A stretch of 37,149 nt of DNA from a virus. The notes beneath the pieces are model-generated. The model was not told the DNA's origin. It worked only from the letters and a program-made list of their open reading frames with translations, and searched no databases. This document shows positions 28,240 to 35,666 of the stretch, piece by piece; position 1 is the stretch's first letter; each line of letters begins with the position of its first letter. The position numbers and the translations under genes were made by a program. The stretch spans positions 1-37,149 of the IMG/VR virus record IMGVR_UViG_3300002093_000007; one strand, 5' to 3'.

Positions 28240-28434
28240 ATGTCCTACACATCGGAAATGATGATAGAGGTTATGAATCAGGAGAAGTTAACGAAGTGCA
28301 AAAAATGTGGATGCATCACCGACCTTGAAGAAAGCGAAGGAGAAGTGTATCACTGGCGCGATTGTCTTGCGCTCGAAAGTGATGATTATGATCCTAGTGA
28401 GCAGTATGCTCGTGATATGTATGATCACCAGTAA
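28240..28434 (+). CDS. Small acidic protein with a CxxC motif
   Basis: 64-aa ORF, first gene after the promoter at 28183. Confidence 0.45.
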   Translation: MSYTSEMMIEVMNQEKLTKCKKCGCITDLEESEGEVYHWRDCLALESDDYDPSEQYARDMYDHQ

Positions 28435-28510
28435 ACAGTCCGCGCAGGTGCGCGACGCAGTTATCGGAGCAATGTTCATACTCGTTATAATCGCTGGAAT
28501 AATCTTATAA
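28421..28510 (+). CDS. Possible 29-aa single-TM peptide
   Basis: MITSKQSAQVRDAVIGAMFILVIIAGIIL fills the gap between neighbouring ORFs. Below the ORF-track size cutoff in this form. Confidence 0.25.
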   Translation: MITSKQSAQVRDAVIGAMFILVIIAGIIL

Positions 28511-28512
28511 TC

Positions 28513-29091
28513 ATGTCACAAGAAATCACTATTCAAAAAGAAGTCTCAGTCTACGAGCAGAAGGCAACCGCGCTCACGATCACCTCACCTGAGGAAATGA
28601 AAGAAGCAGTCGTACTCCTCTCGCAGACCAACAAGACGCTCGACAATCTAAACGATGAGAAGAACAAAGTTGCACGCCCCCTCTTAGACGCCATCGCTGC
28701 CGAGCGCAAACGCTGGAAGCCATTTGAAACCGCCCTCACAAACGCGGTCACAACTATCCGCACCAAGATGATGGCATACCAGAAAGAGGAGGACAGGAAG
28801 CGTGCTATCGCTGAGCAAAAGATCGTCGCTCGCGTGGAGAAGGGGACAATGCGTATTGATACGGCATCAACAAAACTTGCGAATCTCCCTGATATCGATG
28901 TAACCGTGAGTACAGATGCGGGCGCGGTCCAATGGCGAACGATAAAGAAGCTTATAGTCGATGACATTGCACAGATCCCGCACGAATACTTCAACCTCGA
29001 TGAGAAACGCCTCACAGACGCGCTCAAAGCAGGTGCAACGGTTCAGGGCGCACACCTAGAGGATGAAAAGGTACCAGCAAATTACCGCTAA
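28513..29091 (+). CDS. Hypothetical coiled-coil protein of the replication/recombination module
   Basis: 192-aa ORF. Confidence 0.45.
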   Translation: MSQEITIQKEVSVYEQKATALTITSPEEMKEAVVLLSQTNKTLDNLNDEKNKVARPLLDAIAAERKRWKPFETALTNAVTTIRTKMMAYQKEEDRKRAIAEQKIVARVEKGTMRIDTASTKLANLPDIDVTVSTDAGAVQWRTIKKLIVDDIAQIPHEYFNLDEKRLTDALKAGATVQGAHLEDEKVPANYR

Positions 29092-29355
29092 ATGAGAACT
29101 TACGAGCACACTCCAATAAACTACTCCGCATATGAGAAGACCACTGTGCTCAAGATGTGGCTCGATACACGCGGAGGGCGCACACTCGGCGATGTCTATC
29201 GCGAAGGTATCCGGAGCTTCATCATCTATCGGACAACACTTAAAGCCTTTGACTACCACGAACGACGCTACATCCCCGGCCACGAGAAGATGATCGCCGA
29301 ACTCCAAGCACTCCCAATCCTTATTCAAGAAAACTTAACAAGACAATTCGTATGA
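29092..29355 (+). CDS. Hypothetical protein
   Basis: 87-aa ORF abutting the previous stop. Confidence 0.45.
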   Translation: MRTYEHTPINYSAYEKTTVLKMWLDTRGGRTLGDVYREGIRSFIIYRTTLKAFDYHERRYIPGHEKMIAELQALPILIQENLTRQFV

Positions 29356-29516
29356 CCAACAAAGAATGCAACTGCGACGGAGCCGAGATAGTCAATGGTG
29401 CGCATTATGCAAACTGTGCAAGTCTCGAAGACATCGGGACCAACGAACCCCTCGGAACGTGCGAACCCGATCTGCTCGACAACTGGATAGAACAGAATCA
29501 TCACGATTTTAATTAA
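29352..29516 (+). CDS. Small Cys-containing acidic protein (54 aa), not in the ORF track
   Basis: Own translation: MTNKECNCDGAEIVNGAHYANCASLEDIGTNEPLGTCEPDLLDNWIEQNHHDFN. ATGA overlap with the upstream stop; fills an otherwise empty gap. Confidence 0.45.
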   Translation: MTNKECNCDGAEIVNGAHYANCASLEDIGTNEPLGTCEPDLLDNWIEQNHHDFN

Positions 29517-29520
29517 AAAT

Positions 29521-29877
29521 ATGGAAACGATAATCATAACAGCATCAGTTACGTTATTTGCAATCGCAATCTTCTGGGCTTATTGCGATCAGAAGGAAGA
29601 AACAAGAGAATTTTTAAAACCTATGGATATAATAGAACCCCAAACAAAGTGTGAAACCTGCGGAGCCTACATCGACAAAATAAATAAGGTGAATATATGG
29701 GACATAAATAAGGTGAATATATGGGACGGAGTCCTTGAACTCACTACTTATTATTGTGGAACATGCAAAAAGCCATATACAAAGAAACATGTATTATATT
29801 ATGGTGCAGATAAGTATTTCGGCGAAGTTGAAATGTCGGAAGACGGCACGCCCGTAGGTTATAAGAAAATCAAATAA
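29521..29877 (+). CDS. Membrane-anchored zinc-ribbon protein containing a perfect 8-aa tandem duplication
   Basis: N-terminal TM ITASVTLFAIAIFWAY. CETCGAY...YYCGTCKK. INKVNIWD occurs twice in tandem. Confidence 0.5.
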   Translation: METIIITASVTLFAIAIFWAYCDQKEETREFLKPMDIIEPQTKCETCGAYIDKINKVNIWDINKVNIWDGVLELTTYYCGTCKKPYTKKHVLYYGADKYFGEVEMSEDGTPVGYKKIK

Positions 29878-29878
29878 C

Positions 29879-30100
29879 ATGTCCCACAATCCTAAAAATA
29901 CAGCGTGCGAATTTAACTTCTCGATGGATTACTCCAGCTATACTCCTGACTGCATTTGCCCCGAAGAACCCGACTCTACCATCGAATACCGCTTCTCCAT
30001 CGCAATTCCCAGCATCTTCGACTCAATCCTCGAACGTGGACATATTTCAACTAGAGAAGCAATCCTCGACTTTATAAGAGAAGAAATTAAAAGGAAATGA
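29879..30100 (+). CDS. Hypothetical protein
   Basis: 73-aa ORF. Confidence 0.4.
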   Translation: MSHNPKNTACEFNFSMDYSSYTPDCICPEEPDSTIEYRFSIAIPSIFDSILERGHISTREAILDFIREEIKRK

Positions 30101-30474
30101 ACAAGTATCACACATACGCAAAAGTTGTTGAAGCAGATGAGCGAGTCAATCAATGGATAGACAAATCCCTTGCAAGCTACCTTGCCAAAAATCCCGAAGT
30201 ACAAGACGACATCGAGCACATCATCGACTATCTATCCTCGGAAGAAGCACCAAAACGCATCGAGCACATGAGCTACGATGAGGCGAAAAGTAATGCCGAG
30301 AAGTGGTCCAAGGCACAGCAAAAGAAAGGTGCACTGATTAAGGAGACATTAGAAGATACTACTGTAGTGCTCGACTTCAAAGCTGGGCTTGTTGATGGAA
30401 AAAATATTAAAGAAGACACTTGGTACAAATTAGAAGCGGGAGAATTTGTTGAGGTATGCCCTGCTACTCCATAA
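30097..30474 (+). CDS. Hypothetical protein
   Basis: 125-aa ORF, ATGA-coupled to the previous gene. Confidence 0.45.
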   Translation: MNKYHTYAKVVEADERVNQWIDKSLASYLAKNPEVQDDIEHIIDYLSSEEAPKRIEHMSYDEAKSNAEKWSKAQQKKGALIKETLEDTTVVLDFKAGLVDGKNIKEDTWYKLEAGEFVEVCPATP

Positions 30475-30680
30475 AAGCTCTCTCCTACTGCGAATGTGGA
30501 CGTGAGCCATGGGAGACGAAGAATTGGTGCGACTATCAACGGGTGCTCAAAAAGCCCGAAGGACACAAAAGCAACATCGACCGATACCACGAAGCCTATC
30601 ACTTCACCCTCGCAAACATCGACACAATGAATTACGAACAATTAACCAAAGGACTAACAAAGATATATGAAAATGACTAA
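30456..30680 (+). CDS. Hypothetical protein
   Basis: 74-aa ORF. Confidence 0.35.
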   Translation: MPCYSIKALSYCECGREPWETKNWCDYQRVLKKPEGHKSNIDRYHEAYHFTLANIDTMNYEQLTKGLTKIYEND

Positions 30681-31251
30681 AGAAGCAGTATTGGAAAACC
30701 TCGAAGAAATCAAGAAGTTTATCAGTGAAGTAGAGCAGGAGAAAAAAGAAGAGAAAGTAGTGGGCATTGCAATTAAAAACCGCATTACAGGTTCTATAAT
30801 ATTTCAATCTACAAAGACGACATATAAAGAAGCGGTGCAGGAACGACTTGCGAGCGGTGCCAACCTTCGCGATGCCAACCTTCGCGATGCCAACCTTCGC
30901 GATGCCAACCTTCTCGGTGCCGACCTTAGCGGTGCCGACCTTAGCGGTGCCGACCTTAGCGATGCCGACCTTAGCGATGCCGACCTTAGCGATGCCAACC
31001 TTAGCGGTGCCGACCTTAGCGATGCCGACCTTCGCGGTGCCGACCTTCGCGGTGCCGACCTTCGCGGTGCCAACTTTCGCGGTGCCAACCTTAGCGATGC
31101 CAACCTTCGCGGTGCCAACTTTCGCGGTGCCGACCTTAGCGGTGCCGAATTAAACCGTGCATTATTCTATGGTCGAGGAGGTACGAATGAACTCACCAAA
31201 GCACAACTACCAGCGTTCCTTGGTGCGCTTGGTTTTATTATCGTTGACTAA
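30667..31251 (+). CDS. Pentapeptide-repeat protein (about 60-aa N-terminal domain plus 20 A(D/N)L(R/S)x repeats)
   Basis: [40 protein letters not shown]...; a 15-nt DNA periodicity spans 30856..31155. Confidence 0.85.
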   Translation: MKMTKEAVLENLEEIKKFISEVEQEKKEEKVVGIAIKNRITGSIIFQSTKTTYKEAVQERLASGANLRDANLRDANLRDANLLGADLSGADLSGADLSDADLSDADLSDANLSGADLSDADLRGADLRGADLRGANFRGANLSDANLRGANFRGADLSGAELNRALFYGRGGTNELTKAQLPAFLGALGFIIVD

Positions 31252-31260
31252 CAAAGATAT

Positions 31261-31455
31261 ATGGAAAACACAATGAACAAACCATTAGTAAAAGCACGAA
31301 CAATCTATAAAGTTGAATATGAATATAGGAAATTTTTAGGAGTGTTTACGCATCGTCAAGAGGTGAGAGCGGAAAAAATCGGCTCAGTCCTCTTCATTGA
31401 TGTATCGGAGCCGTTTGTGCAAATTATCCTTAACGGAAGAGTAATAATTAACTAA
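31261..31455 (+). CDS. Hypothetical protein
   Basis: 64-aa ORF bounded by the shared junction motif. Confidence 0.4.
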   Translation: MENTMNKPLVKARTIYKVEYEYRKFLGVFTHRQEVRAEKIGSVLFIDVSEPFVQIILNGRVIIN

Positions 31456-31460
31456 GATAT

Positions 31461-31784
31461 ATGAAAACATTTATTGAATCAAAAATGAATCAGTTTGATG
31501 AGATTGCTGTGTACACAAATGAATATGGTTACCCGCATAAAATACCAAACTACGATGTAATTAAGGACTTCATCACCTCCCTCGCTGTTGAGTTGGTAGA
31601 GGAAATAAGGGGGAAAGTGCCCGAAGAAATAAGCAAGGACATTCCAACCTCCTTAGATATTCCCGAAGATGTTTTGTCAAAAATGCAAAATGACATGAAG
31701 CACTACCGAGATGGGTATATGCTCTGTCGCTCCCAAGTCCTCGCAGTGCTTGATGATGTTATTAGTAAGGAAGAAAAGGTATGA
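31461..31784 (+). CDS. Hypothetical acidic protein
   Basis: 107-aa ORF. Confidence 0.45.
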   Translation: MKTFIESKMNQFDEIAVYTNEYGYPHKIPNYDVIKDFITSLAVELVEEIRGKVPEEISKDIPTSLDIPEDVLSKMQNDMKHYRDGYMLCRSQVLAVLDDVISKEEKV

Positions 31785-31978
31785 AGAAAATAATAATCTT
31801 AGTGGCGATACTATTTCCACTCACGGTTGGTGCGTATTTAACCAAAGTTGATTACCGAATTTTCAGTGTTGGCTATTACGATATACTAAGGTTTGTTGAC
31901 CCTGATAATGGAAATATATGTTATATCACACAAAAATGTGGGTATGCTTGTGGTGGAATTAGTTGTGTAAAGCCATGA
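31781..31978 (+). CDS. Small secreted/membrane Cys-rich protein
   Basis: 65 aa. N-terminus MKKIIILVAILFPLTVGAYL. Confidence 0.4.
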   Translation: MKKIIILVAILFPLTVGAYLTKVDYRIFSVGYYDILRFVDPDNGNICYITQKCGYACGGISCVKP

Positions 31979-32169
31979 ACATCATCGAAACACTATTCTT
32001 CCGACTCATGAGACACATCATCGTGAAAGGCTACGGAGCGAATTGTGAAACAAAAGACACTGACGAATACCCACAACTTATCGGCAAGACATCTCAAAGG
32101 TGTGCAAGCTGTCGTGCAAAGGAAGTGGTGGAATGGATAGATGATCATATTGAATTGTTGAAGACATGA
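31975..32169 (+). CDS. Hypothetical protein
   Basis: The ORF opens at 31963; the ATG at 31975 (MNIIETLFF...) reduces the overlap. Confidence 0.35.
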   Translation: MNIIETLFFRLMRHIIVKGYGANCETKDTDEYPQLIGKTSQRCASCRAKEVVEWIDDHIELLKT

Positions 32170-32519
32170 AAGAAATAATCATCGCAATAGATGTTGACGG
32201 CACTATCCTCAACAATCAAGGCATACCCCCACAGACACCAATCCACTTACGCCCACGGTGTACTGTGAACCTTGAGATAGTCCTGCTCATACAGATACTC
32301 TCCAAGAAGATGAAGAACACGAAAATCTATGTATGGTCAGGAGGTGGCAAGGAGTATGCTGAGTCGATTGTGCGGGAGTACGGACTGGAGAAGTATGTTC
32401 ACGCATGTTTTGGCAAAGAGGAATATGACGAGACGTTATACGGGAAAGTAGACATCGCGTTTGATGACGTACATGCCTGTAATTTAGCAGAGAAGAACTT
32501 AATCGTAAAAATGAAATGA
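32166..32519 (+). CDS. HAD-superfamily-like small hydrolase/phosphatase
   Basis: Motif I AIDVDGT (DxDxT), VWSGGG (motif II Ser), AFDD (motif IV). 117 aa. Confidence 0.5.
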   Translation: MKEIIIAIDVDGTILNNQGIPPQTPIHLRPRCTVNLEIVLLIQILSKKMKNTKIYVWSGGGKEYAESIVREYGLEKYVHACFGKEEYDETLYGKVDIAFDDVHACNLAEKNLIVKMK

Positions 32520-32523
32520 CAAT

Positions 32524-32865
32524 ATGACACAACACAAAATCAAAGAGACATATCGGTTTGTCCACAAGGGCATTTCAGTCTTTGTTCGCATTGACTACAT
32601 CAACAACAAAATCGACATTCTCGAACCGACGAATAAATCTGAAGCAAGTTTTGCAAAAAAGAAGTTTGTCTTTACACAGCGTGGCGTGGAGTATATGCAA
32701 GGCTGGAGAGACGTCCTCGAAGCCGTATCAGAGGCAACCAAAGACGCACAAGCGAAGTACGAGCACAATCTTGCGGAGGAAACGAAGTTCAAAGAAGACT
32801 TTGCCGCAGATTTAGCAAAAATGATTGCGATTGAAGAGGAAAAAAAGAAACTTAGGGTGCGGTAA
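32524..32865 (+). CDS. Hypothetical protein
   Basis: 113-aa ORF. Confidence 0.45.
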   Translation: MTQHKIKETYRFVHKGISVFVRIDYINNKIDILEPTNKSEASFAKKKFVFTQRGVEYMQGWRDVLEAVSEATKDAQAKYEHNLAEETKFKEDFAADLAKMIAIEEEKKKLRVR

Positions 32866-32940
32866 AGAAAAGCACCCTCACGAGGAGGGTGCGACGGTGG
32901 CTGACAGATAAGTATATAGGGAAATTAACTTAAAAACAAT

Positions 32941-33312
32941 ATGACAGTAATTATTACAGATGAAGGTTCGAGATTGAATGATTATGATTTTAGAGAGTGT
33001 TTGAAATATGCACCATTTAATAAGGAAGACGTAAAAGACATTCTCGCAATGGTCGCTGGAGGGGCAGATGGCGACGCTTGGCACTACATCGTCGAACTCA
33101 AGAACGGAAAGTTTGGCTACATAACAGGGTGGTGTGATTACACTGGCTGGGGATGTCAAGAAGGTGGAGATGGGTTTTTGTGTGACACATTAGCCGAGGC
33201 AATAGAGAAAGCACCAGAAAAAAATAAAAACGTACGGGCAACACTTAAAAATCAAATTGAAGGGAAGGAAAGCTATGGAGTTTTAACAATAAACCCAAAT
33301 ACAGAAGAATGA
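32941..33312 (+). CDS. Hypothetical protein immediately upstream of rtcB
   Basis: 123 aa. ...GGADGDAWHYIVELKNGKFGYITGWCDYTGWGCQEGGDGF... 1-nt gap to rtcB. Confidence 0.5.
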   Translation: MTVIITDEGSRLNDYDFRECLKYAPFNKEDVKDILAMVAGGADGDAWHYIVELKNGKFGYITGWCDYTGWGCQEGGDGFLCDTLAEAIEKAPEKNKNVRATLKNQIEGKESYGVLTINPNTEE

Positions 33313-33313
33313 T

Positions 33314-34504
33314 ATGTACAAAATAAATGAAAAAATCATCGCCTTCCTAAATCCTGAAACAATCGAGCCACAAGCACTTGAGCAATTGAAGAATATTTCC
33401 GAGATGCCATTTCTTCACAAACACGTCGCCGTGATGCCCGACTGCCATCTCGGAAAAGGTGCAACAGTTGGAAGCGTTATCGCAACGAATGGTGCGATAA
33501 TCCCCGCAGCTGTCGGAGTAGATATTGGATGTGGGATGATAGCTGTGAAAACAAAGTTTACCGCCTCACAGCTTCCCGATGACTTGGACAAGGTGCGAAT
33601 GGGTATTGAGCGCCGTATCCCACTGTCTGCGGGTGCTTTTAATCGCGAAGTAAAAGAGAGTGCACTTGAACGCGTAAAATATCTACAAGGAAAAGTTTCA
33701 AGCGAACAACAAGACCGCATAACAAAAGCTGGGTCAAAATGGCAAGAAGCAATAGGCACTCTTGGGTCAGGTAACCACTTCATTGAAATCTCACTTGATG
33801 AGGATGATAATGTTTGGGTGGTACTTCATTCTGGTTCTCGTGGTATTGGCAATCAGCTCGCAACACAACATATCAAGATTGCACAAAAGCTCATGGACGA
33901 TTTCAAGATTACATTGAAAGACCCCGACCTTGCTTATATACCCGAAAGTCAGCCTCAGTTTAATGCGTACATTGAAGACCTTATGTGGGCACAGGATTTT
34001 GCAAAACTGAACCGTGATGAAATGATGGATAGAGTGATGACTGAGTTATCATATACATTCTATGGTGAGAATGGGCATCAAAAAGAAATTGAGCTTGAGA
34101 GAATAAATTGTCATCACAACTTCACACAACGCGAACACCACATGGGGTCTGATGTTTGGCTCACTCGCAAGGGTGCTATTCAGATGAAACAAGGACAACT
34201 TGGAGTGATACCTGGTTCAATGGGGACGCGTTCATATATTGTAAGCGGACTCGAAAATCCATTGTCATTTCATTCTGCACCACATGGTGCAGGTCGCAGA
34301 TTCTCCCGCTCAGAGGCAAGAAAACGATTCACAATGGAAGATATGGAGGAAGCAATGAAAGGTATTGCTCATCGAAGTAGCGCAGAATTGATTGATGAAA
34401 TACCACAGGCATACAAAGATATTGATATCGTGATGGAAAATTCAAAAGATTTGGTGCAAATCAAGCACACCTTGCGACAGGTTGTAAATGTGAAAGGCAA
34501 TTGA
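33314..34504 (+). CDS. rtcB: RtcB RNA 3-prime-phosphate/5-prime-OH ligase
   Basis: 396 aa. MPDCHLGKGATVGSV, PAAVGVDIGCGM, GSGNHFIEI, HSGSRGIGNQ, CHHNF, PGSMGT, HGAGR: the conserved RtcB metal- and GMP-binding blocks. Confidence 0.9.
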   Translation: MYKINEKIIAFLNPETIEPQALEQLKNISEMPFLHKHVAVMPDCHLGKGATVGSVIATNGAIIPAAVGVDIGCGMIAVKTKFTASQLPDDLDKVRMGIERRIPLSAGAFNREVKESALERVKYLQGKVSSEQQDRITKAGSKWQEAIGTLGSGNHFIEISLDEDDNVWVVLHSGSRGIGNQLATQHIKIAQKLMDDFKITLKDPDLAYIPESQPQFNAYIEDLMWAQDFAKLNRDEMMDRVMTELSYTFYGENGHQKEIELERINCHHNFTQREHHMGSDVWLTRKGAIQMKQGQLGVIPGSMGTRSYIVSGLENPLSFHSAPHGAGRRFSRSEARKRFTMEDMEEAMKGIAHRSSAELIDEIPQAYKDIDIVMENSKDLVQIKHTLRQVVNVKGN

Positions 34505-34518
34505 CAAGCAATCATAAC

Positions 34519-34540
34519 AAAAACCCCCAACAAGTGAGGG
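34519..34540 (-). terminator. Intrinsic terminator for the small minus-strand ORF
   Basis: On the minus strand, CCCTCA-CTTGT-TGGGGG followed by TTTTTG. Confidence 0.4.
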
Positions 34541-34657
34541 CTAAGAATTGTCAGCCTTAAACTTCTCAAGGCAGGTGTGGCTACAGAACCAGACCCCGTA
34601 TGCAAAGAGTCCTGAGCGAACTTCTCCGTGGCAGTAAAAACATTTGAAGTATCTCAT
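34541..34657 (-). CDS. 38-aa zinc-ribbon-like protein, antisense-oriented within the plus arm (not in the ORF track)
   Basis: Own translation: MRYFKCFYCHGEVRSGLFAYGVWFCSHTCLEKFKADNS. Preceded by AAGGAG 7 nt before the ATG and followed by a terminator. Confidence 0.5.
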   Translation of the reverse strand: MRYFKCFYCHGEVRSGLFAYGVWFCSHTCLEKFKADNS

Positions 34658-34770
34658 TTCTTCTCTCCTTTACGAATGCAACGGATGGAACAATAGAGCT
34701 TGGTCTTGTGCAGATACCCATGGCGGCAAGCCGAAGAACCGCTCACTATGGGCGGTTCTTCAATGCTCTG

Positions 34771-34818
34771 AGTTATCCACACCGCTTCGGTTGCAAGAGT
34801 CTTGCGCTTCGGTATAAT
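34771..34818 (+). promoter_or_regulatory. Promoter with upstream AGTTATCCACACC element
   Basis: TTATCCACA at 34773..34781, then TTGCAA-16nt-TATAAT (34791..34818). Confidence 0.5.
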
Positions 34819-34866
34819 GTGTACACGAGGCTAGTCCCTTCGTATTAGTAACCTACATTATAAAAT

Positions 34867-35247
34867 ATGGAATATATCACAGAGAATCGTTTCAAGTTCA
34901 TGCTCGGAGGTATCTTATTCGCTTGTGTGTTCGCACTTGGCGCATACGCTCGCCCCGGTATCGACCAAGTTGCCGGCATCTTTGTCACAGAGCAGAAGAC
35001 ATACGTCGCACCAAAGACGGACAATGAAATTGCCGTCGAGAAGTATGTGAACTCAACAGATTTCAAGGCGGAATGTTTCGCAATCGCACAGTCGCGTGTC
35101 ATGCTCAAGGTGTCAGGTGAAGCACTTGAAGCGTCAAAGATTGCACAGACAAAAGTGGAGCAGTACGAAATGCGCGCATTAAACGGTATCTCAAACGAGA
35201 CCGCCACCGCCACGATCACATTAGAAAAAGCTCAAGGACGCCGCTAG
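34867..35247 (+). CDS. Membrane/secreted protein
   Basis: 126 aa. N-terminal hydrophobic segment FMLGGILFACVFALGAYA. Confidence 0.5.
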   Translation: MEYITENRFKFMLGGILFACVFALGAYARPGIDQVAGIFVTEQKTYVAPKTDNEIAVEKYVNSTDFKAECFAIAQSRVMLKVSGEALEASKIAQTKVEQYEMRALNGISNETATATITLEKAQGRR

Positions 35248-35248
35248 T

Positions 35249-35401
35249 ATGCCAAAATTCACCACAAAGACCGCAAAAGAGAATGGCTCCAAGGGGGGAA
35301 AGAAAGCAGCAAAGAAGTTGAAGCGACTCGGAAAGGAAGAGGTCAAACGTCGTATGACCGCATTATCAATACTTGCAAAGGCGAAACGAAAGAAGGTATG
35401 A
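35249..35401 (+). CDS. Small Lys-rich basic protein (50 aa) with a KGG-like motif, not in the ORF track
   Basis: Own translation: MPKFTTKTAKENGSKGGKKAAKKLKRLGKEEVKRRMTALSILAKAKRKKV. Confidence 0.4.
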   Translation: MPKFTTKTAKENGSKGGKKAAKKLKRLGKEEVKRRMTALSILAKAKRKKV

Positions 35402-35568
35402 CAAAGAAAACACTCACTGAGCTTGAAGAAGCAATCGCACGCAAGGCGTACGGGAAGCACGCCAAGCCGACATTGATCGAGGACAAGAGCATCGAAGGAT
35501 TTATCAAGGCAAACAGCGCAAAGAAAGAGACAGGATGGAAGGTGTTTGCAAAAGGATTATTGGTATAG
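35398..35568 (+). CDS. Small protein (56 aa), not in the ORF track
   Basis: ATGA-coupled. MTKKTLTELEEAIARKAYGKHAKPTLIEDKSIEGFIKANSAKKETGWKVFAKGLLV. Confidence 0.4.
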   Translation: MTKKTLTELEEAIARKAYGKHAKPTLIEDKSIEGFIKANSAKKETGWKVFAKGLLV

Positions 35569-35577
35569 ATAGCATAC

Positions 35578-35607
35578 AAAAAGGCACCCAGTAATGAGTG
35601 CCTTTTT
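35578..35607. terminator. Bidirectional intrinsic terminator between the convergent arms
   Basis: AAAAAGGCAC-10nt-GTGCCTTTTT, with an A-run and T-run on either side. Confidence 0.7.
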
Positions 35608-35666
35608 ACTACCGTGATCCCTCCTTTCAAGATGAAGACGCTAACCGCGCATGGAGTAGGAGGGAG

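Noticed and set aside
30804-31153. ORFs in other frames and on the other strand across the 15-nt repeat array, and the possibility that the array is CRISPR-like
   Set aside because: The 15-nt periodicity encodes a clean pentapeptide-repeat protein in the 30667 frame. The units are contiguous with no spacers, so this is coding tandem repetition, and the other open frames are by-products of it.
32878-33159. 93-aa minus-strand ORF
   Set aside because: It is antisense to the 123-aa gene that is coupled to rtcB. It is hydrophobic and low-complexity, and I found no initiation signal.
34369-34605. 78-aa minus-strand ORF overlapping the 3-prime end of rtcB
   Set aside because: It is antisense to a well-supported gene and has no start context. 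The 38-aa ORF in another frame, with an SD and a terminator, explains the region better.
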